Shown: positions 19,721 to 31,404, counted from the first letter of the stretch. The stretch: 64,000 bases of DNA from Rhodospirillales bacterium (GCA_038120295.1 JAYOLL010000004.1:5421-69420), one strand, 5' to 3'. Notes: generated by a model not told the origin, from the sequence alone. Made by a program: numbers and translations.

Positions 19721-20725
19721 TCAGCTGCCGCCGTTGGCCTGCTGCGCCGCAGCGATCATGTCCTTGCCGACATCTTTCTCGAACTTGTCCCATACGGGCT
19801 TCAGCGCCTTAACCCATTCAGCCCGCTGAGCCGACGTCAGGGTCCGGATCTTGCCGCCAGCTTCGAGGATCTTCTTCCGGTTCGCCTGGTTGACGGCATA
19901 GGACTCCTTGTTACGGGCGACTGTGACTTCCGTCAGGATCGTGGAAAACTGGCTGCGCACGTCCTTGGGCAGGCCCTTCCACCATTTGTCGGAGGTCACC
20001 ACGAGGTAGTCGATGACACCGTGATTGGTTTCCGTCACGCCATCCTGAACCTCGAAGAATTTCTTCCCGTAGATGTTCGACCAAGTGTTCTCCTGACCAT
20101 CGACGACCTTGGTCTGGAGCGCGCCATAGACTTCCTTGAACGCCATTTTCTGGGGATTGGAGCCCAACGCCTTGAACTGGGCGACCAGAACGTCCGACGG
20201 CTGGACCCTGAATTTCAGACCGTTGGCATCCTGCGGCTTGATCAGCGGACGGTTCGCAGACATCTGTTTCATGCCGTTATGCCAGAAGGCAAGACCCTGA
20301 AGCCCGCGGCGGCGCATCGAATCCTTGAGCGCCTGACCGGCCGCGGAGTTCTGGAAGCGGTCGACGGCGTCGATGTCCTGGAACATGAACGGCAGATCGA
20401 ACAACCGGAATTTCTTGGTGAATTTCTCGAACTTCGACAGGGACGGCGCGGCAAGCTGCACATCGCCCTGAAGCATGGCTTCCAGCACCTTATTGTCATC
20501 GTAGAGGCTGGAGTTGGGATATACAGTCATGCAGGCCTTGCCGTTCATCTCGGCATTAACCCGTTTCGCCAACAGCGTCGCAGCAATACCTTTTGGATGC
20601 TTGTCGGTGTTGGTGACATGGCTGAACTTGATGTGCATTTCGCCTGGATCGCATTTGGCGAAGGCCGGCGCTGTCATGGCCGCCATCGCGACGCCGACCA
20701 CGGCGCCAACGAAAATTTTCTGCAT
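19721..20725 (-). CDS. dctP: TRAP C4-dicarboxylate-binding protein
   Basis: Signal peptide; KFSHV..HPKG; FDLPFMF; GLKFRVQ; EVYGALQ..VVDGQEN. Confidence 0.93.
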   Translation of the reverse strand: MQKIFVGAVVGVAMAAMTAPAFAKCDPGEMHIKFSHVTNTDKHPKGIAATLLAKRVNAEMNGKACMTVYPNSSLYDDNKVLEAMLQGDVQLAAPSLSKFEKFTKKFRLFDLPFMFQDIDAVDRFQNSAAGQALKDSMRRRGLQGLAFWHNGMKQMSANRPLIKPQDANGLKFRVQPSDVLVAQFKALGSNPQKMAFKEVYGALQTKVVDGQENTWSNIYGKKFFEVQDGVTETNHGVIDYLVVTSDKWWKGLPKDVRSQFSTILTEVTVARNKESYAVNQANRKKILEAGGKIRTLTSAQRAEWVKALKPVWDKFEKDVGKDMIAAAQQANGGS

Positions 20726-20871
20726 GGCAATTTCCTCTGAGCTGATAATTGCAAACTGGCCGTTCGACTGTGGCCTGATGATGTCGCCCCGCTCCAGCTT
20801 CGCAAACGGGACCCGATCAGGACGATAATTTAATCGATCTGTAACATTTCTCCAACGAAAGCTTGATTCCG

Positions 20872-21705
20872 TCACTCGCCTTCGCAAACCGCCGAAAGCC
20901 GAATATTGGTCAGGCGTTCTTCCATCACGCCCTTGCCGGAATTGGCCTGGCGCACCGGGTAATCGTCGCCCCGCACCATTTTCATCCCTTCGCCCGGCGG
21001 CAGCAGAGTCGTGCCGTCGGCGGTGCGACCTCCCGCTTTCTTGCGTAGCTCCGCTTCGTCGACCCAGTGGGCGATGCGGAAGCCGCTGGCCTCAAGGCCC
21101 GATTCCAGCTCGTTCGGCGTGATCAGGAAGCTGTAGGACGGGTCGCGCGCCCAGGGCAGGGGATAGTAGGGCTCGCCGCCCGGACCCTGGCCCAGCTCGC
21201 TCAGGGCGAGCTGTCCGCCCCGTTTCAGAACGCGGGCGACTTCGGCATAGAACCCGGTCCGGTCCTCAATATTCATGGTCACGTTGAGGCTCATGGCGAC
21301 GTCGAAACTGTCATCGTCGAATGGCAGGTCGAGTGCATTGGCGCATTCGAACGACACGCTGTCCTGCATCCCGCAGCGTTCCGTGAGCATCGTTGCGACG
21401 TCGGTGTATTCCTGTGCGAGGTCGATGCCGACGACTTCGCAGCCGAAGGTCGCAGCGACAAATCGCGCCGGCCCGCCTATGCCGCAGCCGATATCCAGCA
21501 CCCGCATGCCGGGGCGGAATTCGACCAGCCCGCAGTGCGCTTTCGTGTTGGCCAGCCCGCCGCCGTGTATGTGGTCGATCTCGGCGAGGATATCCTGCGT
21601 GAGATTTTCGGTGTCGACGCCGAAAGAGGCGAGCCGCGTCATGATCCGCTGTTCGAGGCCCTGTTCGCCGTAATCCGCGATGATCGCGCTGTTTGTATCT
21701 GACAT
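20872..21705 (-). CDS. Class I SAM-dependent methyltransferase
   Basis: VLDIGCGIGG motif I; LPFDDDSFD; RVLKRGG. Confidence 0.88.
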   Translation of the reverse strand: MSDTNSAIIADYGEQGLEQRIMTRLASFGVDTENLTQDILAEIDHIHGGGLANTKAHCGLVEFRPGMRVLDIGCGIGGPARFVAATFGCEVVGIDLAQEYTDVATMLTERCGMQDSVSFECANALDLPFDDDSFDVAMSLNVTMNIEDRTGFYAEVARVLKRGGQLALSELGQGPGGEPYYPLPWARDPSYSFLITPNELESGLEASGFRIAHWVDEAELRKKAGGRTADGTTLLPPGEGMKMVRGDDYPVRQANSGKGVMEERLTNIRLSAVCEGE

Positions 21706-21735
21706 GGAAATTCTTCCTCGCTTTTTACTCGCTTC

Positions 21736-22872
21736 TTATGGGATGTCCGGAATCAGGACACTGCCTTCCATCAGGCGCCGCTGGGTACGGAACACGGTGA
21801 CCGAATTCGCGTGCCACTCGCCGTCGTTGCGCCGGACGACATCGGCCTCGACCGGGGTTATGCCCGACGGGTGGGCGATGCGGAGCGGCGAATGCGGCGT
21901 CGCATGGTCGAACGGGATGGTGGCCTCGACGCGCGCGCCTGCCGCAATGCACATACCGTTGGTGCCTGGAACGGCGCGATGGACGCGCTCCATCGAGACG
22001 ATGCGCACCGACAGATCCATCTCGTCGGGGCCGTAGTCAGTGCCGTCGAGCGCCGTGAACGCCTGCGGCGGGCCGACGATACCGACCTTGGGCGCCGCCA
22101 GTGCCGCGTCTTCCGGACGGTTGGCGAGCCCCATCAGCACCGCTCCCTTGCGGCGAATTTCCTCCATTCGCGCCATGAAGACGGGGTCGTCATCGAGTGC
22201 TTCCGGCCTGTCGGTGAATTCCCTGCCGAGCGCTGCCGCATCGGCGAATATAACCGGGTTGGTGGCGTCGACCAGCGAGACCTCGATCCGGCCCAGCCCG
22301 TCTATCGCGATTGTGTCGCGTGCATTGCCGGTCGGTAGCAGTGCGCCGGTCATCGACCCGCCCGGATCGCGGTAGTCTAGCGTGATCAGCGCGCCCGAAC
22401 CCGAGACGCCCGGCATGACGTAATCGCCATCTTCCAGCGTTATGCCGTCTTTCACCGTAAAGCGCGCGTCATAGAACTTGTCGGTGTTGGTTATGTGAAC
22501 GCGCACCGTCGCCTCGCCGTCCGGCAACTCGATCAGCCCTTCGTCGAGCGCGAACGGGCCGACCGAGGCCGACAGGTTGCCGCAGGTGCCGGCGTAATCG
22601 ACGATCGGCCGGTCGACCGCGACCTGAGCGAAGGTGTAGTCGATATCGGCGTCGGGGCGGTCGGACTTCTCGATGATCACGGCCTTCGACAGCGATGAAA
22701 GCCCGCCGCCCAGCCCGTTGAGCTGGCGCTGATAGGGGTCGGGGCTCCCCAGCGCGTGCAGGATCACGCGGTCGCGATCGGCCGCGTCGTTCGGCAGGTC
22801 GCGCTTATGGAAGAAGACCCCCTTGCTGGTGCCGCCGCGGATAAAAACCGCGGGGATTTTTAGACGCGCCAA
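21736..22872 (-). CDS. PrpF family isomerase
   Basis: RGGTSKG; GSPDPY..QLNGLGG..SSLSK; CGNL; EAD..HPSG. Confidence 0.9.
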   Translation of the reverse strand: MARLKIPAVFIRGGTSKGVFFHKRDLPNDAADRDRVILHALGSPDPYQRQLNGLGGGLSSLSKAVIIEKSDRPDADIDYTFAQVAVDRPIVDYAGTCGNLSASVGPFALDEGLIELPDGEATVRVHITNTDKFYDARFTVKDGITLEDGDYVMPGVSGSGALITLDYRDPGGSMTGALLPTGNARDTIAIDGLGRIEVSLVDATNPVIFADAAALGREFTDRPEALDDDPVFMARMEEIRRKGAVLMGLANRPEDAALAAPKVGIVGPPQAFTALDGTDYGPDEMDLSVRIVSMERVHRAVPGTNGMCIAAGARVEATIPFDHATPHSPLRIAHPSGITPVEADVVRRNDGEWHANSVTVFRTQRRLMEGSVLIPDIP

Positions 22873-22882
22873 GTTGAAAGCC

Positions 22883-24898
22883 TCAGCTGAGCGGCCAGGG
22901 CAGGGCGAACCAGTACTGCAGCAGCCCGCCCGGGAAATCCAGCACCATGACCCAGGAAAGACCGGTGATGAAGCCGACGCCGCAGACCGTCATCGTCAGA
23001 ATACGGGCCCAGGACGCATCGGATTCCTTCTTCAGGAACAGGATGAAGAAACCCGTGATCGCCAGCCAGAACCCGATCAGCATGACTGCGCCGATAAAGC
23101 AGCCCAGCCACATCAGGTAATAGCCGAGATTGGGGACGCCTTCGCGGCCTGCGTGGTCGCCCTCGACTTCGTAATCGTAGTTGGCGGTGTGATCGGTCCT
23201 GTTCTTCGCCGTCACGTAAAGCAGGTACAGCGCGATGGGCAGCATGACGATGCAGATGCCCACGGGATAGACCGCGCCGAGGAACGAATGCTGCAGCCCG
23301 TCGATCAGGCCCCATACGAACAGAAGAACGACGAGCCCGCAGAACATCGCCTGCGGCCGCATGTCGGTGGCCTTGGTCGGTCCGCTGCCTTCGGATGTTC
23401 CTGTCTCTTCCTTGGGGGCGTTGCGGGCGCCGAACCAGATCGACAGCAGGGTCAGGACGAAGATCGTGATCACGCCCGGCCGGGTCAGGAAGTTCCAGTC
23501 GTAGAACTGAACTGCCTGATAGAGATATGTCTCGGAATTGCCCGCCAGCACGAAGCCGATCAGGAAGGCCGGGCGCGGCCAGCCGAAGCGCTTGAACAGG
23601 ATGCCGACCAGCCCGACCGCGAACAGCACGATCAAATCGCCCAGGTCGCGGGTCGCCTGAAAGGCTGCGAAGCAGATCACCATGACCATGAAGGGGGCCA
23701 GATAGACGTAGCGGATGGTGGTGATCAGGGCGACCTGCCGGGATATCAGCAGGCAGCACCCCGCCCCGATGATGTTGGCGAGCGCCAGCGACCAGATGAT
23801 CACGTAGGTCAGGTTGAGCTTGCCGTCGACCATGCTGGGGCCGGGCTCCAGCCCGATCAGTTCCATCCCGCCGAGAAACACGGCCATCGATCCGGAACCG
23901 GGAATCGCAAACAGCAGGGTCGGGATCAGCCCGCCGCCTTCCTTGGCGTTGTTGGCGGATTCGGGCGCCAGCACGCCGCGTATATCTCCCTTGCCGAATT
24001 GCGACGCATCCCTGGCGGTCTGCTTGACATGCCCGTATGCGATCCAGTCCACCACCGAACCGCCGAGGCCGGGCAGCGCCCCGATAATGCAGCCGATCCC
24101 GGCGCAGCGCGTGCACAGCCATTTATAGGCCCACATGTCCTTGATGCCCTGAATCCACCCCTTGCCCAGGCGGGAACTGCGTGAAATCGATCCGCCGCCG
24201 CGTAGCAGGTCGATAATCTCGGGCACGGCGAACATGGCGAGACCGATGACCACCAGCGGCAGGCCGTCGCCGAGATAGGCGCTGCCGAGCGACATGCGGT
24301 ACTCGCCGGTCGCCGGCGCGCCGCCCAGCGCGCCGAACATCAGCCCGAGACCGCAGGCCAGCATGCCTTTCGACAGGCTGTTGCCGGCCAGGACGCCAAC
24401 CATCGACAGGCCGAGGATGGTCAGCATGAACAGCTCGGCGGATGTGAACAGCAGGATGATCGGCCGGGCGACGACGATAAAGAAGGTCAGGACGATGGCG
24501 CCGATGACGCCGCCATAGAGCGATGCCGAGAATGCCGCGCCCAGCGCGCGCGCCGCTTCCCCTTTTTTGGCGAGCGGAAAGCCGTCGAGCACGGTGGCCT
24601 GGGATGCGCTTGAGCCGGGTATGCCCATCAGGACGGAGGTGAACGTGTCCGATGTCGGGATGATCGCGACCAGCCCGATCAGCATGGCGAGCGCCGAGGT
24701 CGGGTCGATGCCGTAGAGGAACGGAAGCAGCAGCGACAGTCCGACGATCCCGCCAAGGCCGGGGAAAATGCCGACCACAAGACCCATGATGACGCCGCCG
24801 AACAGATAGAGCAGGTGTGTCCCGCTGGTGATTTCAACCAGTGCGGACAGAAGGGCGTCGACCATGTTTTGTTCCCCGGCTTGTCGTTCCTGTGACAA
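22883..24898 (-). CDS. tctA: Tripartite tricarboxylate transporter permease, TctA with fused TctB-like C-terminus
   Basis: GIFPGLG; GIPGSS; DGFPLAKKG; PESANNA; about 150 extra aa with four TM helices. Start may be the GTG at 24898 or the later MVDALL Met. Confidence 0.88.
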   Translation of the reverse strand: MSQERQAGEQNMVDALLSALVEITSGTHLLYLFGGVIMGLVVGIFPGLGGIVGLSLLLPFLYGIDPTSALAMLIGLVAIIPTSDTFTSVLMGIPGSSASQATVLDGFPLAKKGEAARALGAAFSASLYGGVIGAIVLTFFIVVARPIILLFTSAELFMLTILGLSMVGVLAGNSLSKGMLACGLGLMFGALGGAPATGEYRMSLGSAYLGDGLPLVVIGLAMFAVPEIIDLLRGGGSISRSSRLGKGWIQGIKDMWAYKWLCTRCAGIGCIIGALPGLGGSVVDWIAYGHVKQTARDASQFGKGDIRGVLAPESANNAKEGGGLIPTLLFAIPGSGSMAVFLGGMELIGLEPGPSMVDGKLNLTYVIIWSLALANIIGAGCCLLISRQVALITTIRYVYLAPFMVMVICFAAFQATRDLGDLIVLFAVGLVGILFKRFGWPRPAFLIGFVLAGNSETYLYQAVQFYDWNFLTRPGVITIFVLTLLSIWFGARNAPKEETGTSEGSGPTKATDMRPQAMFCGLVVLLFVWGLIDGLQHSFLGAVYPVGICIVMLPIALYLLYVTAKNRTDHTANYDYEVEGDHAGREGVPNLGYYLMWLGCFIGAVMLIGFWLAITGFFILFLKKESDASWARILTMTVCGVGFITGLSWVMVLDFPGGLLQYWFALPWPLS

Positions 24899-24933
24899 AG
24901 CCTAACGGATTTGAACGGAATTCCGAAACACGC

Positions 24934-24969
24934 AAAAAGAAAAGGAGGGGATGCCGAAACATCCCCGCC
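24934..24969 (-). terminator. Hairpin/terminator after tctC
   Basis: ggggatg-ccgaaa-catcccc with an adjacent A-rich tract. Confidence 0.6.
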
Positions 24970-25006
24970 CCTGATTGCAAATGTTCGCTATTTTCTGTGG
25001 TTCGAC

Positions 25007-26113
25007 TTACGGAACCTTGTTGTAACGGTTCTTAAGCCAGTCGAGGACCCACTGTTTGGCCTTCGGCGGCACGTTGGTGGCGACGTTATAGAGCGCCTGC
25101 GCCTTTTTGCCGGTAGCCTGCGGATACTTTCCGAGCGACTTGTTCTTGGCCTCTTCGAAGCCCGGCAGATTGACGGCTTTCTCGGCCGCTGCGCGCCAGG
25201 CGGCGACGATGTTCGCGGGCGTACCCTTCTTGACGAAGATCATCTTCTGCGCCGGGAAACCGGCCGCCATGAACGCCTTCCAGGCGGTCCATGCCGGGCC
25301 GCGCGGGGCCTTGCCGTGCATCGACTGGTAAACCTCGCCGACATGCGGAAGGTTCGGGAAGGTCGGGTCGCGCACCAGCTTGCCATTCTCGTCAAGCGTG
25401 CCCCAGGTCATCAGCGGCACCGCCACGCCCTTCTTCACCAGCGGGGTCACCCGTTTGATGAAGGCCGGCGTGGTCTGATAATCGATCCGGACCTCACCGC
25501 GCTCGAAGGCGAGTCGCGACGGGCCGCGGCCCTTCATGCCGAACACCGGCTTGACATTGAGGCCGAGGATCTCGAAGGCCAGCAGCGGCACGAGGTCGAG
25601 CGAGGTCGGACCCTGCGAGCCGAACTTCAGCGAGAATTTCTGCAGCTTCTTCATGTCTGCAGCCGATTTCACGCCAAGGCTCGAGTTGACGTAAACAACA
25701 CCGCCCACCGGGGTCGCCAGAATGACTTCCCAGTCCGCGTAGTCGTACTTCACCCGACGGTCGCCGAGCAGGAACGGGAACTGCGTCGAACCCGAGGTGC
25801 CGAGGATGGAGAGACCGTCCTTGGTGCCGCGGCGAGCGAAATAGTTGGTGCCCTTGGTCGAACTTGCGCCCGGCATGTTCTTGACGGCGACGATGGGGTT
25901 GCCCGGCAGGGCCTTTTGCAGCCACGGCACGTAGAAACGCGCCCAGCGGTTCGATCCGCCGCCCGTGCCGTACGGGATGATCCATTCGACGCGCTTTCCG
26001 CTGAAATCGACGGATTGCGCGTTGGCGGTCTGTGCGCCGAGCAACATGCCCGCCGCGGCGACGACGGACAGCGCCGTCCCCGTCAGACCTTTCTTGAAAG
26101 GAACGAAATTCAT
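25007..26113 (-). CDS. tctC: Tripartite tricarboxylate transporter substrate-binding protein
   Basis: Signal peptide (ANA-Q); IIPYGTGGGS; NMPGA; ERGEV; adjacent to tctA. Confidence 0.85.
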   Translation of the reverse strand: MNFVPFKKGLTGTALSVVAAAGMLLGAQTANAQSVDFSGKRVEWIIPYGTGGGSNRWARFYVPWLQKALPGNPIVAVKNMPGASSTKGTNYFARRGTKDGLSILGTSGSTQFPFLLGDRRVKYDYADWEVILATPVGGVVYVNSSLGVKSAADMKKLQKFSLKFGSQGPTSLDLVPLLAFEILGLNVKPVFGMKGRGPSRLAFERGEVRIDYQTTPAFIKRVTPLVKKGVAVPLMTWGTLDENGKLVRDPTFPNLPHVGEVYQSMHGKAPRGPAWTAWKAFMAAGFPAQKMIFVKKGTPANIVAAWRAAAEKAVNLPGFEEAKNKSLGKYPQATGKKAQALYNVATNVPPKAKQWVLDWLKNRYNKVP

Positions 26114-26158
26114 AGGTTTCTCCTCCTGGTTATTCGTTCGTGAAAAAAACTGTTTGTC

Positions 26159-27256
26159 TCAAGCCGCTTCGTCCTGCGGCAGGGCCCAGTCCGGGACCAT
26201 CACGTCGCCCGAGAACAGAAGCCTTGCCGTCCGGACGATGCCGGCGGATTCGACCTCGATCATGTTGCCCGAATCGTGCAGGCTGAGTGCGACCCCGATG
26301 GCTCCCGACGGGTGCTCGATCTCCATCTTGCCGTCGACGATGGCCGACTTGTCAGCGATGCCTTCGGCAATGGTGCCTTCCGCGCCGACGCAACAGGCCA
26401 GCGTGATCGCGCCGGTGACGGCATGCGCTGTATGGGTCTTCATCGGCACCAGATAGCGCGAGGTAATGACGCCACCGTTCTTCGGCGGGGCGAGGATCAT
26501 GATTTTCGGCACCACGCTCTTTGAGACGTCTCCCAGCCCCATGCGTTCGCCGGCCTGCAGCCGCAGCCCTTCGACAAAGCTGTAGAATTCCTTGTTGGCG
26601 TCGAGCTCCGCGGCCGATTCGTAGCCGGTGACGCCCGCATCCTCGGCGCGCAGGATCATCGCCGGCATGGTCGCGTCGACCAGGCTGACGTCAATGCCGT
26701 CGATCTGTTCGATCCGCTTGCCGGTCGGGAACAGCGCGCCGGTCTTGGAGCCTGTCGCTTCGACGAAATTCAGGATGACCGGCGCTGCAGTGCCCGGAAC
26801 ACCGTCGATCGCGGTATCGCCCTCGTAATTCACCTTGCCGCCCGGGGTCTGGACGACGGCGTCGACCAGCGCGCCCGTGTTGACGAGACGGATGCGGACA
26901 GTGGTTTCGCCATTCTGCGCCGGAACCATGCCGCGTTCGATGGCGAATGGACCGATGCCCGACAGGATGTTGCCGCAGGTCGGACCGAAATCGACGATGG
27001 GTTCAAGGAAGCCGACCTGTGCGAACAGATAATCGACATCGACGCCGTCTTCCTTTGAAGGGCTGACGACGGCGACCTTGCTGGTTAGCGGCGTCGCACC
27101 GCCCATGCCGTCGATCTGGGTCTCGATGTAAGAGCCCATCGCCGACAGAAGGAACTTGCCGATGGCGTCGCGGTCCTCGGGCAGGTCTTCACCCCGGAAA
27201 TAAAGGCCGCGTGACGTGCCGCCACGCAGCATCAGGCTCGGAATCGGTTTCTGCAC
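26159..27256 (-). CDS. PrpF/FldA family, 4-oxalomesaconate tautomerase-like
   Basis: RGGTSRG; QIDGMGGATPLTSKVA; CGNILSG; IDGVPGT; EHPSG; RTARLLF. GTG start after AGGGAG. Confidence 0.88.
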   Translation of the reverse strand: MQKPIPSLMLRGGTSRGLYFRGEDLPEDRDAIGKFLLSAMGSYIETQIDGMGGATPLTSKVAVVSPSKEDGVDVDYLFAQVGFLEPIVDFGPTCGNILSGIGPFAIERGMVPAQNGETTVRIRLVNTGALVDAVVQTPGGKVNYEGDTAIDGVPGTAAPVILNFVEATGSKTGALFPTGKRIEQIDGIDVSLVDATMPAMILRAEDAGVTGYESAAELDANKEFYSFVEGLRLQAGERMGLGDVSKSVVPKIMILAPPKNGGVITSRYLVPMKTHTAHAVTGAITLACCVGAEGTIAEGIADKSAIVDGKMEIEHPSGAIGVALSLHDSGNMIEVESAGIVRTARLLFSGDVMVPDWALPQDEAA

Positions 27257-27370
27257 GGCACACTCCCTGATTTTGGCCTCTGATCGAGCGAAGCAATTTC
27301 GCGCAAAATCCATGCAAAAACAACAGACATGTGGTTTGCCGCCATTCCGGCTGACAGGCCTTTTCCTCAC

Positions 27371-27387
27371 TGGTATACAATATCCCA
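27371..27387. promoter_or_regulatory. Candidate GntR/FadR operator
   Basis: TGGTATACAATATCCCA, with a GTATAC core typical of FadR-subfamily sites, in the divergent prpF/gntR promoter. Confidence 0.5.
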
Positions 27388-27420
27388 ACGGGGGCATGAC
27401 GTGCATTCGGGGGGAGTTCT

Positions 27421-28110
27421 TTGTCGACCGCAAAGCTCGACATTCAGCCGGTCGAGGTCAATTTCAGCCTCAAGGACCGCATATACGAAGCGCTGAAGGA
27501 AACCATCGCCAGCATCAATATTTATGAGGGCGAGAGCGCGCCGCGTCTCGACGAACGGCAGCTTTCCGAATCGCTCGGCGTCAGTCGGACGCCGGTTCGC
27601 GAGGCGCTGGCCCGGCTGGAGCAGGAAGGGCTGGTCCGCATCGTGCCGCGGCGCGGCGTATTCATCGCGCGTAAAACCAGGCAGGAAATTCTTGAGATGA
27701 TTACGGTCTGGGCCGCCCTTGAATCCATGGCCGCGCGGCTGATCACAGAGCGCGCGACCGACGAGGAAATTTCCTCCCTGCGGGATATTTTCGCGACCGA
27801 CGAGGGCGAGAAGCCGCAGGCCAATATCGACGAATATTCCGGCCGGAACATAAGGTTCCATCAGGCGATCCTACGGCTGAGCAAGAGCGACCTGCTGAAT
27901 TCCATGACGGAGACCCTGTTTCTGCACATGCGGTCGATCCGGGCGCGCACCATTGGCGAGGACAACCGCGCCAGCCGCTCGATCATCGATCACATAAACA
28001 TCATCGAAGCGCTCGAACGTCGCGATACGGAACTGGCCGAACGGCTGGTCCGCCAGCACACGCTGGACCTTGCGGCCCATGTCGAGCAGAACGTGAACTA
28101 CCTGCAATAA
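27421..28110 (+). CDS. GntR family (FadR/FCD) transcriptional regulator
   Basis: [15 protein letters not shown]; FH..I....N; H..II.AL FCD domain. Confidence 0.93.
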   Translation: MSTAKLDIQPVEVNFSLKDRIYEALKETIASINIYEGESAPRLDERQLSESLGVSRTPVREALARLEQEGLVRIVPRRGVFIARKTRQEILEMITVWAALESMAARLITERATDEEISSLRDIFATDEGEKPQANIDEYSGRNIRFHQAILRLSKSDLLNSMTETLFLHMRSIRARTIGEDNRASRSIIDHINIIEALERRDTELAERLVRQHTLDLAAHVEQNVNYLQ

Positions 28111-28120
28111 GGAAAAAAGA

Positions 28121-29866
28121 ATGGCCGAAGAAAACGCCGCTGAAGCTGAAGATCAGGCATCGCTGACGGACGGGTTCCATCTCGTTATCGATGCGCTGCA
28201 GCTCAACGACATCGACACGATCTACAACGTGCCGGGTATTCCGATCACCGATCTGGGCCGGATGATGCAGGCTGCCGGCATGCGGGTGCTGTCCTTCCGG
28301 CACGAACAGAATGCGGGCTACGCTGCGGCGATCGCCGGTTTCCTGACGCAGAAGCCCGGCATCTGCATGACGGTGTCGGCGCCCGGCTTCCTGAACGGGC
28401 TGACCGCGCTGGCGCACGCCACCACAAACTGTTTCCCGATGATCCTGATCAGCGGCTCGTCCGAGCGAGAGATCGTTGATCTGCAGCAGGGCGATTACGA
28501 GGAGATGGACCAGCTCGCTATCGCCAGGCCGCTCTGCAAGGCGGCGTATCGCGTCCTCCACGCGGAAGATATCGGTATCGGCGTGGCGCGTGCGATCCGC
28601 GCCGCGGTGTCGGGCCGGCCTGGCGGGGTCTATCTCGACCTGCCGGCCAAACTGCTGGGACAGGCGATGGATGCGGCGAAGGGTGAGGCCTCACTGGTGA
28701 AGGTCGTCGACGCCGCGCCGAAGCAGATTCCGGCACCCGATGCGGTCGCTCGTGCGCTCGACGTGTTGAAGAATGCAAAACGTCCGCTGATCATCCTCGG
28801 CAAGGGCGCGGCCTATGCGCAGGCTGACGACGCGATCCGTGCGCTGGTGGAAAAGAGCGGCATTCCCTATCTGCCGATGAGCATGGCCAAGGGGCTGTTG
28901 CCCGATACCCATCCGCAATCGGCCGGCGCGGCGCGGTCGTTGGTGCTGGGCGAATCCGACACGGTGATGCTGATCGGCGCACGGCTCAACTGGCTGCTGT
29001 CGCACGGCAAAGGAAAGGCCTGGGGCAAGGACAGGAAGAAATTCATCCAGATCGATATCGAACCACGCGAGATGGACAGCAATGTCGAGATCGCAGCCCC
29101 GCTGGTCGGCGATATCGGCTCCTGCGTGGACGCGCTGCTCGACGGCATGGGCGACGGCTGGAAACAGCCGCCGGAAGAATGGACCGCGACGGTGCGCGAG
29201 AAGGTCGAAACCAACGTCGCCCGCATGGCCCCGAGGCTGCAGAACAACAACGTCCCGATGGACTATCACGGCGCGCTGGGCGCGCTCCGCACCATCATCG
29301 CGGAACGGCCCGATACCGTGCTGGTGAACGAAGGCGCCAATACGCTCGATTTTGCACGCAGCATTATCGACATGTACAAGCCGCGCAAACGGCTCGATGT
29401 GGGCACCTGGGGCGTGATGGGTGTCGGTATGGGTACGGCGATCGCCGCCGCTGTCGAAACCGGCTGTCCGGTGCTGGCGGTCGAGGGCGACAGCGCGTTC
29501 GGCTTCTCCGGTATGGAGATCGAGACCATCTGCCGCTACAAGCTGCCGATCTGCGTGGTGGTGTTCAACAATGGCGGCATCTATCGCGGAGACGGCGTCA
29601 ACCCGTCAGGCGGCGAGGACGCCTCCACCACCGTCTTTGTCAAGGATTCCCGCTACGACATGATGATGCAGGCGTTCGGCGGCGTCGGCGTTAACGCGGA
29701 AAGCCCGGACGAGCTCAGCCGGGCGGTCAAGGAGGCGCTCGAGTCCGGCAAGCCGACGCTCATCAATGCCGTGATCGACGAAAGCGCCGGCACCGAAAGC
29801 GGCCGGATCGGCAATCTCAACCCGCAAAGCAAGGTCGGCAAAAAGGCGCCCGCGGCGAAGAAATAG
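28121..29866 (+). CDS. oxc: Oxalyl-CoA decarboxylase
   Basis: [12 protein letters not shown]; GIPITDL; FRHEQ; [13 protein letters not shown]; [11 protein letters not shown] ThDP motif; [12 protein letters not shown]. Confidence 0.96.
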   Translation: MAEENAAEAEDQASLTDGFHLVIDALQLNDIDTIYNVPGIPITDLGRMMQAAGMRVLSFRHEQNAGYAAAIAGFLTQKPGICMTVSAPGFLNGLTALAHATTNCFPMILISGSSEREIVDLQQGDYEEMDQLAIARPLCKAAYRVLHAEDIGIGVARAIRAAVSGRPGGVYLDLPAKLLGQAMDAAKGEASLVKVVDAAPKQIPAPDAVARALDVLKNAKRPLIILGKGAAYAQADDAIRALVEKSGIPYLPMSMAKGLLPDTHPQSAGAARSLVLGESDTVMLIGARLNWLLSHGKGKAWGKDRKKFIQIDIEPREMDSNVEIAAPLVGDIGSCVDALLDGMGDGWKQPPEEWTATVREKVETNVARMAPRLQNNNVPMDYHGALGALRTIIAERPDTVLVNEGANTLDFARSIIDMYKPRKRLDVGTWGVMGVGMGTAIAAAVETGCPVLAVEGDSAFGFSGMEIETICRYKLPICVVVFNNGGIYRGDGVNPSGGEDASTTVFVKDSRYDMMMQAFGGVGVNAESPDELSRAVKEALESGKPTLINAVIDESAGTESGRIGNLNPQSKVGKKAPAAKK

Positions 29867-29904
29867 AACTCAACCGGATTAATCTCAATCGACAGGACTG
29901 AACC

Positions 29905-31152
29905 ATGAAAGCTCTCGAAGGCGTCCGCATCCTCGACATGACCCACGTGCAGTCGGGCCCGACCTGCACCCAGCTCCTCGCCTGGTTCGGCGCGGACGTT
30001 ATCAAGGTGGAGCGCCCCGGCGTCGGCGACGCGACACGCGGCCAGCTGCGCGACATTCCCGATGTCGACAGCCTCTATTTCACCATGCTGAACCACAACA
30101 AGCGCAGCGTGACGATCAATCCCAAGACCGGCATGGGGAACAAGATTTTCACCAAGCTGATCGAGGAATGCGACGTGATGGTCGAAAACTTCGCGCCCGG
30201 CGCGATCGACCGGATGGGCTTTCCGTGGGAGAAAATTCAGGAGATCAACCCGCGCATGATCTATGCCTCGATCAACGGGTTCGGCCCCGGCCCTTATGAG
30301 GAATGCAAGGTGTACGAGAACGTTGCCCAGTGCACCGGCGGCGCGGCGTCCACGACCGGGTTCCTGGATGGTCCGCCGGTCGTGACCGGCGCGCAGATCG
30401 GCGATTCCGGCACCGGGCTGCATCTTGCGCTCGGCATCGTCACCGCGCTCTATCACCGCGAAAAATCCGGCAAGGGCCAGCGCGTCGAATGCGCTATGCA
30501 GGACGGCGTTCTGAACCTGTCGCGCGTCAAGCTGCGCGACCAGCAGCGCCTCGCCCACGGTCCGCTCAAGGAATACAGCCAGTACGGACAAGGCATTCCG
30601 TTCGGCGACGCGACGCCGCGCGCCGGCAACGATTCGGGCGGCGGCCAGCCGGGCTGGATCCTGAAATGCAAGGGGTGGGAGACCGATCCCAACGCCTATG
30701 TCTATTTCATCACCCAGGCGGCAGTCTGGAAGAATATCTGTGACCTGATCGGCGAGCCCGGCTGGAAGGAAGACCCCGGCTATGCGACGCCCGATGCGCG
30801 TCTCGACAAGATCAAGGAAATTTTCGCCCGGATCGAGGAGTGGACGACGACGCTCGACAAGTTCGAGGTGATGAAGCAGTGCAACCCGCTCAACATCCCG
30901 TGCGGCCCGATCCTGTCGATGAAGGAGCTGGCCGAGGAGCCGTCATTGCGCAAGAGCGGCACTGTGGTCGAGGTCGATCATCCGGAACGCGGCAAGTACC
31001 TCTCGGTCGGTTGCCCCATCAAGCTGTCGGATTCGCCGGTCCAGGTTGTCCGCTCGCCGCTGCTGGGCGAACACACCGACGAAATACTGAAGACGGTGAT
31101 CGGCCTGTCAGCCGAAGACATCGCCGCTGCGAAGGAAGAGGGGGCGGTTTAA
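29905..31152 (+). CDS. frc: Formyl-CoA:oxalate CoA-transferase
   Basis: [11 protein letters not shown]; KVYENVAQC; [10 protein letters not shown] (catalytic Asp); [11 protein letters not shown]; follows oxc. Confidence 0.95.
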   Translation: MKALEGVRILDMTHVQSGPTCTQLLAWFGADVIKVERPGVGDATRGQLRDIPDVDSLYFTMLNHNKRSVTINPKTGMGNKIFTKLIEECDVMVENFAPGAIDRMGFPWEKIQEINPRMIYASINGFGPGPYEECKVYENVAQCTGGAASTTGFLDGPPVVTGAQIGDSGTGLHLALGIVTALYHREKSGKGQRVECAMQDGVLNLSRVKLRDQQRLAHGPLKEYSQYGQGIPFGDATPRAGNDSGGGQPGWILKCKGWETDPNAYVYFITQAAVWKNICDLIGEPGWKEDPGYATPDARLDKIKEIFARIEEWTTTLDKFEVMKQCNPLNIPCGPILSMKELAEEPSLRKSGTVVEVDHPERGKYLSVGCPIKLSDSPVQVVRSPLLGEHTDEILKTVIGLSAEDIAAAKEEGAV

Positions 31153-31404
31153 AACGCCGCCTCGGACGTCACGGCACCGGCGGCGCGACTCCGCCGCCGG
31201 TCGGCTGGCCGTCTTCGCGCAGCCTCTCGAATGGGACCAGCGGCGGCAGGAACACGTCAGGCCAGCCGGGAGGCGCCGGATCGCCTTTTCGGGAGATTGT
31301 CCATACGACTCCACAATCTGGACTCCCAATGAGACTGGGTGGAGTGTCTTCGATCATCATTATATACATAGGCCGTCTGAAGCAGGACGAGGGAGAGCGA
31401 GACC

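Noticed and set aside
27280-27320. Sigma-54 promoter for the prpF operon
   Set aside because: TTGC is present but there is no GG at the required -24 spacing.
29867-29894. Degenerate repeat (aactcaaccggatt / aatctcaatcgaca) resembling the 7.9-kb repeat
   Set aside because: Too short and degenerate to distinguish from chance.
31169-31369. 66-aa minus-strand ORF and hairpins between frc and the CoA ligase
   Set aside because: No recognisable family or RBS. The hairpin at about 31176-31201 lacks a U-tract and no riboswitch consensus is recognised.
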